From Malacoraja senta (taxonomy: Eukaryota): a stretch of DNA of 64,000 nt. The first letter of the stretch is position 1. Every line of letters begins with the position of its first letter. The notes under the pieces are model-generated. The model was not told the origin of the DNA. It searched no databases and saw only the letters and a program-made list of their open reading frames with translations. A program made the position numbers and the translations under genes. Shown here piece after piece: positions 48,078 to 61,086 of the stretch. The DNA lies in NCBI GenBank assembly GCA_038087875.1, contig JAXLNO010000061.1, positions 124,001-188,000 on the forward strand, in the 5' to 3' direction.

Positions 48078-50296
48078 CGAAACCCCTGCTCCGCCTTTTC
48101 CATCGATGTTTCCCCTCCCCCGCCTGCCCCCTCCCACTCTCTCTCTCCCCTTCCTCTCCTCCCACTGTCTTTCCATCTATCCCTCTCTCTCCCGCACCAC
48201 CTGACCCCAGCTCTGGACGTCCTGTACCGGTGGAGTGGAGGGGTCGGTGGTGAGGAGGAGGTGTGGGAGGGGGTAGGGTCCCTCACAGCGAGAGGCGCCC
48301 CTCCCCCAGCAGTGTGATGAGGCTCAACAAAGGGGCAAGAGTCACAATGAGGTCAGGGGTCATCAGTTGAGCCCTGGACTTGGGCCAGGGGCATCTCCCA
48401 GAGTGAGACACACACGGGCTCCCACAAACACGGTGTGTGCACACTCACACGTACTCACTCACTAGTCGAGAGAGTGGCTCCTTCACAGCCCAATCACCAC
48501 AGGCTTGCAATCATTCCCACTCCCAGGAGTGTCCATGGAATCCTCTGTGACGGATATAACAGCGGTGTTGAGGTAGGGATGAGACGTTGTGGAGGGAGCT
48601 TCACTCTGTGTCTGATGCAGATATCCCTGGGAAATGTGATATATAATCCATTGTTTAAGACAAGAGTTTAAATGGAGATCAAGCAAATGTAACCCAAGGT
48701 CACTGTTCCTCAATACTCCCCTCCCTTGATTGTGTGTGCCCATCCCTTCTACCTCGATGTCCATCTGTTCCTCAATACTCACCACTGTTCACGGGGTGTA
48801 TCATAGTGATATTAGTCCATGCCGACCATGTAACAATAATTTTAAAAATGCATAGATTTGTGCAGTAACAGAACAGACCATTCGGCCCATCATATCTCTG
48901 CTGGCCTTGATGCCAACCTCTCCTCTGCCTGCATATGATCCACATCCCACCATTCCCTCCCTGTTTGTGTGCCTATCTAAACACCACTGAGTCACCACAA
49001 TGGTATCTTCTTTCATCACCACCCAAGGCAACGCGTTGCAGGAACCCACCATCCTCTGTGTAAAAACAAAGGTGCCCTGCACATTTCCTTTCAACTTTGC
49101 CCCTCACACCTTAAAGCTATGCCCTCTAGTCTTTGACTTTGCCACGCGAGGAAATGGGTTCTGACTGTACAACCCATCAATGTCTCTCAGAGTCAGAACT
49201 ATCTGAGGAAGGATGTGCTGGCTCTGGAGAGGGTCCAGAGGAGGTGTCCAAAAATGATCCCAGGAGTTAGTAGGTTAACCTACGCTGAGCGTTTCTCGGC
49301 ACTGGGCCTGTGCTCGCTGGAGTTTAGCAGAATGAGAGAGGACCTCATTGAAACATACAAAAAAGTGATAGGCTTGGATAAAGTCGATGTGGAGAGGATG
49401 TTTCCACTGGTGGGAGAATGTACACCTAGAGGTCATAGTCACAGAATTATTGGACTTTCTTTTACGAAGGAGATGAGGATAAATTTCTTTAGTCAGAGGG
49501 TGGTGACTATCCTTGTGATTGAGGCAGTGCAGTGTAGGTTCACGAGATTGATCCCTGGGATGGCGGGACTGTCATATGAGCAAAGATTGAAAAGACTAGG
49601 CTTGTATGTACTGGAGTTTAGAAGGATGAGGGGGTATCTTATAGAAACATATAAAATTATAAAAGGACTGGACAAGCTAGATGCAGGAAAAATGTTCCCA
49701 ATGTTGGGCGAGTCCAGAACCAGGGGCCAGTCTTAGAATAAAGGGGAGGCCATTTAAGACTGAGGTGAGAAAAACATTTTTGCCCAGAAAGTTGTGAATT
49801 TGTGGAATTCCCTGCCACAGAAGGCAGTGGAGACCATTTTCCCCTTCACCATAAATCTATCTCCTCTGGTCCTTGATTCGCATATTATGTGCAAGAGGCT
49901 CTTTGCTTTGTGTATTGTATGCAAAATAAAAAAGTTCACTGTACCAAGTACATGTGACAATAAAATATCATCATCATTACCTGACTCACCACTTCCAGGG
50001 AAGCATGCACCTGGTGCTCCCAGATCTCTCTGTTCTGCAACACTTTAAACAGCTCTATCATTTACTGTCACCTCCTGGTTTAACTTACCATAGCGCAACA
50101 CCTCACGCTTATCCAAATTAAATGGTATTTGCCGTTCCTTGGTGCACTTTCCTAACTCATCCAAATCTTGTTGAAAAGTTAGATATCCTTCCTGTATTCC
50201 ACCAATTTAGCTGTCATATGCAAATTTCCTAACAGTGTTAACATTGTCTTCCAAATCGTGAACGCAAATAACAAACACCAGTGACTCCAGCCCTAA

Positions 50297-50858
50297 AGGG
50301 CCTGTCCCACTTGGGCGACATAATCCGCGAGTTCTGGCGAGTTTGCCCTCGACTCATACTCGCAGCATGGTCGACACGAGGTTGTAGGAGGTCTACGTAA
50401 CTCTCCTTCATGCTCGAGAGTGGTCTCCGCGTACTCCAGGCTTCAGCTAGGTCGCGGCGTTTTTTTCACTATGTTAAAAAAATGCCCGCGAATAAAAATG
50501 GTCGCCATGGAAAAAATTGATACTTTTTTTACTCATAGGTTTAGTCGTAGTAGGTCGTAGTAGGTCGGCATGTTAGTCGTAGGGAATCGAGGGTAGTCGA
50601 AGGTAGTCGTAGATAGTCTTCATCATAGTCGAAGGGAGGTCGAAGTAGATCGAAGGATGTCGTCTTCACTCTCCACTATTCGGTGTCCAATTTTCCCAAA
50701 GTTAGTCGTAGCTAGTCAAAGCTGGTCTTCAACATGGTCGAAGGAGGTCGAAGGAGGTCGAAGGAGGTCTTCTACATAGTCGAAGGAGGTCTTCAACTTG
50801 TCATTTTTTCAAACTCTACTAAACTCGCCAATTAGGTCACCCAAGTGGGACAGCATCT
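50297..50858. mobile_element. PIF/Harbinger-type MITE
   Basis: TIRs agggcctgtcccacttgggcgacataat / attaggtcacccaagtgggacagcatct; TSD TAA (50294-50296, 50859-50861); internal gtcgaagg/gtcgtag repeats. Confidence 0.85.
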
Positions 50859-51884
50859 TAACGCCTGCGTCAGTCCACGGGTCACAGGTCTCCAATCAGA
50901 AAAGCAACCATCCATCACTGTTGACTGCTTTCTCCAAGACAATTTTGAACTCCCTGGGTTCCATCTTCCAGACAAGCTTCCCATCCAGGACCTTGTCAAA
51001 GGCCGTGCTAAAGTCCAACAACATCCACTGCCCTGTGTTCACCATTCCTCTTGGTGACTTCTTCAAAATACCCGAGGATTGGTGGGAGGCAATTTCCCAC
51101 ACACAAGGCGATGCTGATTATCCCTGATCAGTCCGTGCATGTCCAAATGCTCCTAGGTTCCCACACACGACATGTTGATAATCCCTGATCAGTCTATGCC
51201 AGCCCAAATGCTCCTAGGTCCTATCCCTGAGACTCATGTCCAACAAGTTTCACATCACTATGAGACATCAGTTTCACCAGCATAAAGTTCCTTGACTTGT
51301 CTTTATTGGCCTTCTTAAACAATGGTTAAACATTAGCCAACATTATCCAGTATTCCGGAATTTCTCCAGTGGCTAATGTTATAAACCGCTATCAGCTCTC
51401 CAAAGATCCAAACATAACAATCCAAGCTTGTCAAACCTCTCCTTATAGCTAATATATTATAATCAGACAGTATCTCCATAAGCCTATTCTGAAGCCCCTC
51501 CAAAACCACCACTTTCTTCTTGTAATAAGATCCAGAGAAATACACAAAATACTCGAGATACCTCCGAACCAAAGTCTCATAAACATGCAGGCATCATTTG
51601 ATGAATCTTTATACGCAATGTCCCAACTAATAATGGCAGGCTTTCCATATGCCTTCTTTATCATTCTATATACTTTCAGGGAGTTATGGACTTTGACCCC
51701 AAGAACCCCTGTCAAGGGTCAATGCTGTTAAGGGTCACAGTGTCATAGAATCATACAGCATGGAAACACGGCCTTTGACCTAAAGCCCATGCCGACATTG
51801 ACTTGTCCCACCTCCTCACATTTGCCCACATCCCTCTAAAACTTTCCTACCCATGTACCTGTCCATATGTCTTTTAAATGTTCT

Positions 51885-52415
51885 CTGTCGGGTCTCCGTT
51901 GTCGTTGGGGCCTAGCACCGTGGAGAAGCCTCCAACCGGAACGACCTAGGGCTCCTGTCGCGGAGCCTGCGGACTACTCACCATCGTGGAGCTGGCCGAG
52001 TTCGGAGCGTGGAGAGCTGCGGTGACGCGCGGCTGTGACCCGACCCCGGAGATTTGGAGGCTCCAGCCGCAGGTCTGGTGGACGGTAACATCGGGAGCTC
52101 GCGGGTCCCTGGTGGGAGAACGCTTTTCGGGGCTTCCGCAACGGCAACTTCTCCCGCCCCAGTTGCAGGGTTGAAGATGACCTGGAGCTGGGTCTAACAT
52201 CGCCCGGCGCGGCTTTAATGGCCGCGGGACTTGCTAGCGCTACCGGGGGCTCCAACATCCAGACCCGGAGCGCGGCCTTGCATCGCCCGGCGCGGCTTTA
52301 ATGGCCGCGGGACTTATTGACCATCGCCCGCCGGGGGCTATGACTCTGACATCGGGAGGAGAATGGGGAGTGCAGGGGAGAGATAAGACTTTGCCTTCCA
52401 TCACAGCGAGGAGGA
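51885..52415 (+). mobile_element. GC-rich SINE-like element fragment
   Basis: Ends ccttccatcacagcgagga like the other family members; internal duplication catcgcccggcgcggctttaatggccgcgggactt. Confidence 0.5.
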
Positions 52416-55400
52416 GATGGTATTGTATTGTATTGTATTGTATTGTAGTACCCGCCTCATTACCTCTTCTGGCAACTCCATCCATATACCCACCTCCCTC
52501 TGAGTGAAAAAGTTGCCCCTCGGGTCCCTATTAAATCTTTGACCTTTCACATTAAAACCATGTCCTCTTAATCTTAGTTCCCCTACTCTGGGTAAAAGAC
52601 TTCATTTACCCCATCTGTTCCCCTGATGATCTTATACACCTCTATAAGATTACCCCTCTTCCTCCTGAACGCCAAGGAATAAAGTCCTAGCCTGCCCAAC
52701 CTCCCCATACAGCTCTGGCGCACAAAACCTGGCAACATTTGCATAAGTTTTCTCTGTTCTCTGTCCAGCTTAACATCTTTCCTATAGCTGAGTGACCAAA
52801 ACTAAACACAATACTCCAAATGTGGCCTCACCAACATTTTGTAAAACTGTAACATAACATCTCAACTTCTATGCTCAGTACCCTGACTGGTGAAAGCCAA
52901 TGTGCCAAAAGACTTCATGACCACCCTATCCACCTGTTACACCACTTTCAAGGAATTATGTTACTGTTGTTGATATAAACCAGAGACAGCAATGGGCCCA
53001 GCACTGATCCCTGAATTACACCACGAGTCACAGGCCTCCAGTCCGAAAAACAACCTTCCATCATCACCCTCTTCTTCGTTCCAGGAAGCCAATTCTCTAT
53101 CCAGTTGACTAGCTCTCCCTGGATCCCATGCGATCTAACCTTCCAGATACAGAACCTTATTTAATGCCTCAACATTAACTGTATATTTCCCTTAATTGAA
53201 CCTGCCGGTGCAGGCTAAACACCATCTGCCATTTCTCTGCCCATATTTCCAATCAGTCTGTAACTAGCGATATCATAATCATAGTCATACAGCGTGGAAG
53301 CCAGCCCTTCGGCCCAACATGTCCCAACCACACTGGCCAACATGTCCCACCTACACTAGTCCCACCTACCCGCGTTTGGTCCACATCCCTCCAAACCATT
53401 CCTATTGATGTACATCTAACTGTTTCTTAAACATTGGGATAGTCCCTGCATCAACTACCTCATCTGGCAGCTTCTTCTATTCACCCACCACCCTTTGTGT
53501 GAAAAAAATCGATCAAGATCCTGTTGCAAATTTTCACAACCATCATCTGCATCTACAAAACCGACCACTTTTGTATCATCTGCAAACATGCTAATCATGC
53601 GTTGTACGTTCTCATCCAAATTATTGATGTAGATGACAAACAGTAACTGACCCAGCACTGAACCCTGAGGCACACCACTCCGTGAAGCAACCTTCCACCA
53701 TCACTCTCTGCTTCCTTCCATGAAGCCAATGTTCTTAGGGATAGACAGAAAGGAAAAGGAGGTGGGGTAGCATTGCTGGTTAGAGAGGAGATTAACGCAA
53801 TAGAAAGGAAGGACATTAGCTTGGAGGATGTGGAATCGATATGGGTAGAGCTGCGAAACACTAAGGGGCAGAAAACGCTAGTGGGATTGTGTACAGGCCA
53901 CCTAACAGAAGTAGTGTAGTTGGGGATGGCATCAAACAGGAAATTAGAAATGTGTGCAACAAAGGTAAAACAGTAATAATGGGTGACTTCAATCTACATA
54001 TAGATTGGGTGAATCAAATTGGCAGGGGTGCTGAGGAAGAAGATTTCTTGTAATGTATGCGGGATAGTTTTCTAAACCAACATGTAGAGGAACCAACGAG
54101 AGAGCAGGCTATTCTAGACTGGGTATTGAGTAATGAGGAAGGGTTAGTTAGCATTCTTGTTGTGCGTGGCCCCTTGGGCAAGAGTGACCATAATATGGTT
54201 GAGTTCTTCATTAGGATGGAGAGTTACATAATTAATTCAGAAACAAGGGTTCTGAACTTAAAGAAAGGTAACTTTGAGGGTATGAGACGTGAATTGGCCA
54301 AGATAGACTGGCAATTGATTCTTAAAGGGTTGACGGTGGATATGCAATGGAAGGCATTTAAAGGCTGCATGGATGAACTACAACAATTGTTCATCCCAGT
54401 TTGGCAAAAGAATAAATCAGGGAAGGTAGTGCATCCATGGATAACAAGGGAAATCAGGGATAGTATCAAAACAAAAGATGAAGCATATAAATTAGCCAGA
54501 AAAAGCAGCCTACCAGAGGACTGGGAGAAATTCAGAGACCAGCAGAGGAGGACAAAGGGCTTAATTAAGAAAGGGAAAATAGATTATGAAAGAAAATTGG
54601 CAGGGAACGTAAAAACTGACTGCAAAAGGTTTTATAGATATGTGAAGAGAAAATGATTAGTTAAAACAAATGTAGTTCCCTTGCAGTCAGAAACAGGTGA
54701 ATTGATCATGGGGAACAAGGACATGGCAGACCAATTGAATAACTACTTTGGTTCTGTCTTCACTAAGGAAGACATAAATAATCTGCCGGAAATAGCAGGG
54801 GACCGGGGGTCAAATGGGATGGAGGAACAGAGTGAAATCCAGGTTAGCCGGGAAGTGGTGTTAGGTAAATTGAATGGATTAAAGGCAGATACATTCCCAG
54901 GGCCAGATAGGCTGCATCCAAGAGTACTTAAGGAAGTAGCCCCAGAAATAGTGGATGCATTAGTGATAATTTTTCAAAACTCTTTAGATTCTGGAGTAGT
55001 TCCTGAGGATTGGAGGGTAGCTAATGTAACCCCACTTCTTAAAAATGGAGGGAGAAAACGGGGAATTACAGACCAGTTAGTCTAACATCGGTAGTGGGGA
55101 AACTGCTAGATTCAGTTATTAAAGATGGGATAGCAGCCAGGGCCGGCCTTAGGAGGTGCGGGGCCCAATTGGGGAAAGATTTCGTAGAAATATAAATAAA
55201 TAATTATAAATGAGTCACGTGTCGTGAGTAACATGACAATTTGGGGGAGAGTTCCTTTCACAGCGTGTGGGGAGTCTAGCCAGGGGTAAATTTGCGAGGA
55301 TGGAAGGAGCGTTGAGAAGGAGAGGGTCGGGTTCATGCCAGTAACACTCACTCACCGCTGCCGCGGCGCTCCGGGCGCGGAGCTACCGCATTGTGTCCGG

Positions 55401-56053
55401 GGAGGGAAGCAGCTCGCGTGGCTACTAGCGGCCTCCATCTCGGACAGCAGAACCGACTGCCATCTCAGCGCCTTCTGCTGGCCCGCTCACCTCTGGCAGT
55501 GCTCTCCATCTGAACAGTGAGGGGACCAGCTCAAGAGCAAAGATCATAGAACAGAGTGGGTCAGCGGGTGATGGATAACATCACAGCGGGCGCTGGAGCT
55601 TACTCTTATGTCAGCGCGAACAAGGAATCAATTGAGTTTACTCGCACTGACATATGGTGTAAGCTCCACCGCCCGCTGTCCTGTTAGCCATCGCCCGCTG
55701 ACCTGGTCTTGAGCTGGATGATCCCCAGCCGACCCCCTCCTTCTCAACCTTCCTGCCCTCCCCGCAACTTTACCCCTGGACAGACTACCCACACGCGGTG
55801 AAAGGAACTCCCCCCCCAGCAGCACTATCCTTTTTCAGCCGCTTCCCACTTTACAGCCGCTTCCCATCAGCTGCAAGCAATGAGGGATAGACTTGGCTAT
55901 ACCTCAGTACAGCAACATCGTTCTTGATGTTGCTGTACTGAGGGATAACGAAGTCTATCTTTCTTGGCTAACAACCTAACCTTCGGCCTCCAAGATGCGG
56001 ATACATTTTCTAGCAATGTTACAACATTTTGAGATTTTAAAAATCAAGTCTGC

Positions 56054-56237
56054 TTCTTCTTCTTCTGTCGTGTGTCTTTTAGACCTGCAGCTCCGTTGAG
56101 GCGAGCCAGGCCAACGTGTCATTGTCCAGGTCAATCAGACCTCGTTCACCATTCGGTGGCCGGTGTTTGGGGCAATTGGTGACTATGTGCTCCACTGTCT
56201 GTGTTGGGTCCCCACACTCGCAGGAGGCGCTGTCCAC
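56054..56237 (-). mobile_element. Vingi/Ingi-like LINE 3' end
   Basis: Minus frame VDSASCECGDPTQTVEHIVTNCP...LAWLASTELQV* (CCHC knuckle), (gaa)n tail, 6-bp TSD gtctgc (56048-56053, 56238-56243). Confidence 0.72.
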
Positions 56238-56842
56238 GTCTGCAATTTTATCTAACTCTGAAATTGAAGATAGACAAAAGCTGGAGTAGCTCAGCAGGAC
56301 AGGCAGCGCAGCGACTCTGGAGAGAAGACCCTTCTTCAGACTGAACTAAACTCTCGTCGGTGAGAGTACTTGTGATTGTCTGAAGAAGGATCTCGACCAG
56401 AACCGCAACCCTCTCCCCAGAGCCCCTGCCCGTCCCGCTGAGCCGCCACAGACAGGGAGTTGAAGGTAGACACAGGGGGGTCCACCTTCAACTTCAGAGC
56501 CAAACAAAAAACACAGAGTGCTGGAGGAACTCAGCGGGCAAGGCAGCACCCGCGGAGGAAATATATCACTTATCAGGAGCCACCACGGGCCAGGACCCCC
56601 CCCCCCTCCCCCCAACAGAAAGGAACATCAGATGCAGCCATCACCGCAAAACATCTAAGAAGGAACTGTAGATGCTGGAAAATCGAAGGTAGACAAAATT
56701 GCTGGAGAAACTCAGCGGGTGTGAAGCTCTATCCCACTGTGCGAGTTCACCCAAGAGCTCTCCCGAGTTTTAAAAAAAAATCAAAACTCGTGGTAGACAC
56801 ATAGAATGAACGTAGCGGGTACGTCGGAGCTCAGGACATTTC

Positions 56843-57482
56843 AATAGACAATAAATAATAGGTTCAGGAGTAGGCCATTTGGCCCTTCGAGCCTAGAATA
56901 CAATGTGATCATGGCTGATCATCCACAATCAGTACCCTGTTCCTGCCCTCTCCCTATATCCCCCTGACACAGCTATTTTTAAGAGCCCTATCTAGCTCTC
57001 TTTTGAAAGCATCCAGAGAACCTGCCTCCACCGCCCTCTGAGGCAGAGAATTCCACAGACTCACCACTCTCTGTTTGAAAAAGTGTTTCCTCGTCCCCGT
57101 TCTAAATGGCTTACCCCTTATTCTTAAACTGTGGCCCCTGGTTCTGGACTCCCCAACATCGGGAACATGTTTCCTGCCTTTAGCGTGTCCAAGCCCTTAA
57201 CAAATCTTATATGTTTCAATGAGATCTCCTCTCATCCTTCTAAACTCCAGAGTGTACAAGCCTAGCTGCTCCATTCTCTCAGATATGACAGTTCCGCCAT
57301 CCCGGGAATTAACCTTGTAAACCTACGCTGCACTCCCTCAATAGCAAGAATGTCCTTCCTCAAATTAGGGGACCAAAACTGCACACAATACTCCAGGTGC
57401 GGTCTCACTAGAACTCTCTACAACTGCAGAACGACCTCTTTGCTCCTATATTCGATTCCTCCTGTTATAAAGGCCAACATGC
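56843..57482 (-). mobile_element. CR1 3' fragment in Harbinger element
   Basis: 6-bp TSD catttc (56837-56842, 57483-57488). Confidence 0.88.
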
Positions 57483-57891
57483 CATTTCTTAGCGCTAACG
57501 GCAGGTACTCGGGAAACATGGTAACTCGTGAAGATTTTTCAACATGTTGAAAGATGTTCTCATGTAAAATATACTCAGGATGTAAAAATGTTATACTTTT
57601 TAACACGTAGTCATACCGTAGTAGCTCGTGAGTTTACCGTAGGACCTGGTGTCCTATATCACTATTGTATGTTCATGATGGAAATAAGAATACTCTGTAT
57701 ATTCATTACCTTTGAATTGTAGTTTTATGTAATCCTCCCATAATTTCTGAATTCCATTTCACAATATGTATCAGACATACAGAATGTTGCAAGGTAATAT
57801 CTTGCCCAAACTCAGTTGTATCTTTCTATCTCAATAAATATCACAAAATATGCCATTGTTTCAGCCACATGATGACAAAATATAGAATGTA

Positions 57892-59611
57892 TAGTGAGTG
57901 CATGAAAGAGTGATCAGAAGAAACCTGCAGGAACTTAAACCAAAAGAAAGTTAAAAAGAGAACCCAAGAAAAAGAAAGAGAAAAATAGAGAGAAGATATA
58001 AGAAAGCAAAATAAGATAAGATAAAAGGGATGTACCTACTTCGTATCTTTACACACCCCTCACCAGGTCCTGAAACCATTTTTTTCAAAGTTATATTGCA
58101 CCTTATGCTTGTAATAAGTCGATAAATGGAGACCAAATCTTTTGGAAATGGTCTGATTTGCCTGCTAAGAGGAATCTCATGTCTTCCAGGTGTAACATTT
58201 CGGACATATTTGAAATCCACATTTTTATCGTTGGTGTGGGAGTGTTTTTCCAGAATTTAAGTATGTTTTTTTGCCATTATTAAGCCTTAATTAAGGAAAC
58301 TCTTTTGGAACGAAGTCAGCTCAAAGCTGGCTTCCATTGTTCCGAAAATAATCAATTTCAGCGTTCAGTTTCAGTTTTATTTAAAAAAAAATTGTACAAA
58401 TTTCAAAGATTTAATTCCAAAATTTTGGGATTTTATTCAAAAAACAAAGGAATGTGCTATAGTTGCTTCTTGGGATAGATGGGGGAGACATTTGGATAAA
58501 ATTTACTTATTTTAGTTTTGAGTAATATAATCTATGTAAAGTTTTAAATTGGATTAGAATATGTCTTACATTGATCGAGCATTTGTGCACATATAGCAAG
58601 TGTTTATCCCAACTCTCGTTTGAGATTTTTATAGCTAGTTCTTGTTCCCAATCTCTTCTAATTCTATCGGATGATGGTATTTCTATATTTAGGATGATAT
58701 TATACAAGTATGATATTAAATTAGTTGATTCCGCCTTTATATTCATTGCATCGTCTAATGTGTCTGGAGACAAATTTTGATATTCTTGTGTATATTTTTT
58801 CAAATAATCACGGATTTGAAAATATTTAAAATATTGATTGTATTGAAGTTGTAGTTGTTGGAATGATAAAAAAATTCCATTATCATACACGTCTCCAAAC
58901 GTTTTAATTCCTATTCTATCCCAGTGTGTAAATCATTTATCTATAATAGATGGTTTAAACGACGGATTATTAACTATTTGGAAAGAGAAGCGCTAGGTTT
59001 CTTAATTTTAAGGTTAATTTTATTTTTTTCCAAATTCTAATTGTACTATGAATAATTGGATTTTTACTGTATATTGTATTATTCAATTTTATTGGTGAGA
59101 GAAGGATCGCTCCTACATTAAAAGGGGAGCAATCCTCTCTCTCCATTACTATCCAATCCACGTGCTGGGCCGAGTTGTCCAGCAGGTGAATCACATTTTT
59201 GACATTTGCTGCCCAATAATAATACAAAGAATTAGGGAGTGTTAATCCACCAAATTCTTTAGGTTTGCACAAATGTCTTCTTTGAATTCTATAGGATTTA
59301 TAGTCCCATATAAAATTTGTGATATCGGAATCCAGTTTAAAAAATAACTTTTTTGGTAAGTAAATTGGTATTGATTGGAATAGATATAAAATTTGTGGTA
59401 GAAAGATCATTTTTATAGCATTTATTCGGCCTATTAAAGACATCGGAAGAGTTTTCCAAAATTTAATCAGGGCGTTTAATTTATTAAGTAGGGGCATATA
59501 GTTTGCATTAAATAAAGATTTATATTTTCTAGTAATTTCAATTCCCAAATATTTAAATTTTTCTGAAGCAATTTTAAAAGGGAATTTTAACAGGTATTTT
59601 GAGTGAAACAC
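57892..59611 (-). mobile_element. L1/Tx1-clade LINE 3' fragment
   Basis: ORF 58970-59611 KFKYLGIEI...GRINAIKMIFLPQILYLFQ...GGLTLP; ORF 58507-58890 YFQIRDYL...QFKTLHRLYY. Confidence 0.88.
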
Positions 59612-60869
59612 CTGTCAGAAGGCTAAGAAACAATCCTGAGTTGCCGGCGTATTGTTTTAAGTGAGCGTATTTTGCAGCGACCTCACCATATTCTGGCTAA
59701 ATATTCTTTCCACGGAAATCTCCTATTTCACTTTGAAATTATATTCATTTATAACCGTTTGTAACATCAGTAACCACCTTAATGTTTGTGCGTTTAGTAC
59801 CGGGTATGCTTGAAACTATTTATTGTAATGTACTGTATCTTTAAAAAAAAAAACTATATCAACCAGGTGTGAAAATTACACTGAATAGAACGATGATTGA
59901 AAATGCGTGGGAATCGACTAATTTGTAAGTCGAAAATTGTATTTTATTTCACAGTGGGAATTTGAAGATAGGGACAGAGATGCTCCACAGAGATTTTATA
60001 CTCGGGAGAGCTCTTGGGTGAACTCGCACAGTGGGACAGGGCTTGAGGCAGCTTCTATGGAGCGAAGGAATTAGCCAACGTTTCGGGCCGGGTCTGAAGA
60101 AGGGTTTCGACCCGAAACATTGCATATTTCCTTCGCTCCATAGAGGGGGGGGGGGGGGGGTGGGTGCAGGGAGTCAGATAGACTGCGCAATGACAGGGGG
60201 ATCCCAGTGTGAGAGTGAGTCACCACCTGCGTACAGCGTTCCCACATCCCTCTTCTCCACCAAGCAAGGCACACTCCTCTCTCCCCTCCGCCCTCTCCCC
60301 CCTTCCTTCCCTCATCCTCCCCCCTCTCTAAAGATGGAGGCAGAGGGAGGGGGAGGGAGGTAGCGAGAGGTAGGGAGAGGGAGATCTAAAGGGTAACTGG
60401 TTTTGGTCTCCAATCACCTCACAAAGGGCAGCCAACAGTGGTGGTGAGGCAGAAGGGAGAACTCTCTCTCTCTCCAATTCTCTCTCTCTCTCTCTCTCCC
60501 CCTTCTCTCACCTCTCTCTCTCCCCCCTCTCTCTCTCTCTCTCTCTCCCCCTTCTCTCTCCAATTCTCTTTCCCCCCTCTCCCTCCTTCCTCTCTCTCTC
60601 TCTTCTCTCCAATTTCCCCCCTCTCTCCCCCTTTCTCTCTCTTCTCTCTCCAATTCTCTCTCTCTCTCTCTTCCTCTCCCCCCAGCCACGTTTATATCTA
60701 CAGTTCGCTCCACGAGCGTGTGTGTGTGAGAGCCGAGCAGTGTTTCTCATTCTGACTCTGCTCCGTGAGCTGCTCGTATTGACAATAATCGTGTACAACT
60801 CTTAACTGAAAACGAGTGGTTTGCAACTGAAAATCCCCTCTCTCTGTCTCTCCACTGCCCCCCCCCCCA

Positions 60870-60913
60870 CACACACAAAGACAGAGATACACCCAGACAC
60901 ACACACAGATAAA

Positions 60914-60948
<35 letters not shown>

Positions 60949-61086
60949 CAGAGACACAGAAACACAGACACACACACCCCCCCCACAGAGACACACACAA
61001 GAAACACAGAGACATACACAGACACAGAGTCACACACATACACAGACAGACAGACACACACAGACAGACAGACAGACACACACACA
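60870..61086 (+). repeat. (CA)n/(GACA)n compound microsatellite
   Basis: Direct inspection. Confidence 0.9.

Larger units (their letters stand above)
48800..53730. mobile_element. Cluster of old CR1 fragments (48800-49190 -, 49197-49833 +, 49990-51880 -, 52450-53730 -)
   Basis: Degenerate DFS(T/K)AFDKV, PQGSVLG, FADD and C-terminal motifs. Confidence 0.75.
56725..60043. mobile_element. PIF/Harbinger-type element with ~44-bp TIRs, inserted in a Penelope terminus
   Basis: agct/ccctg/atcccactgtgcgagttcacccaagagctctcccgagt at both ends (2 mismatches). TSD TGA (56722-56724, 60044-60046). The host rejoins as ctcagcggg(tg)tgaggcagc. Confidence 0.85.

Noticed and set aside
14150..59611. L1 piece ending at ~14290 and L1 piece starting at 59611 are nearly consecutive in the protein
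   Set aside because: Opposite strands, 45 kb apart, each inside different TSD-bounded hosts; most simply two independent truncated copies.
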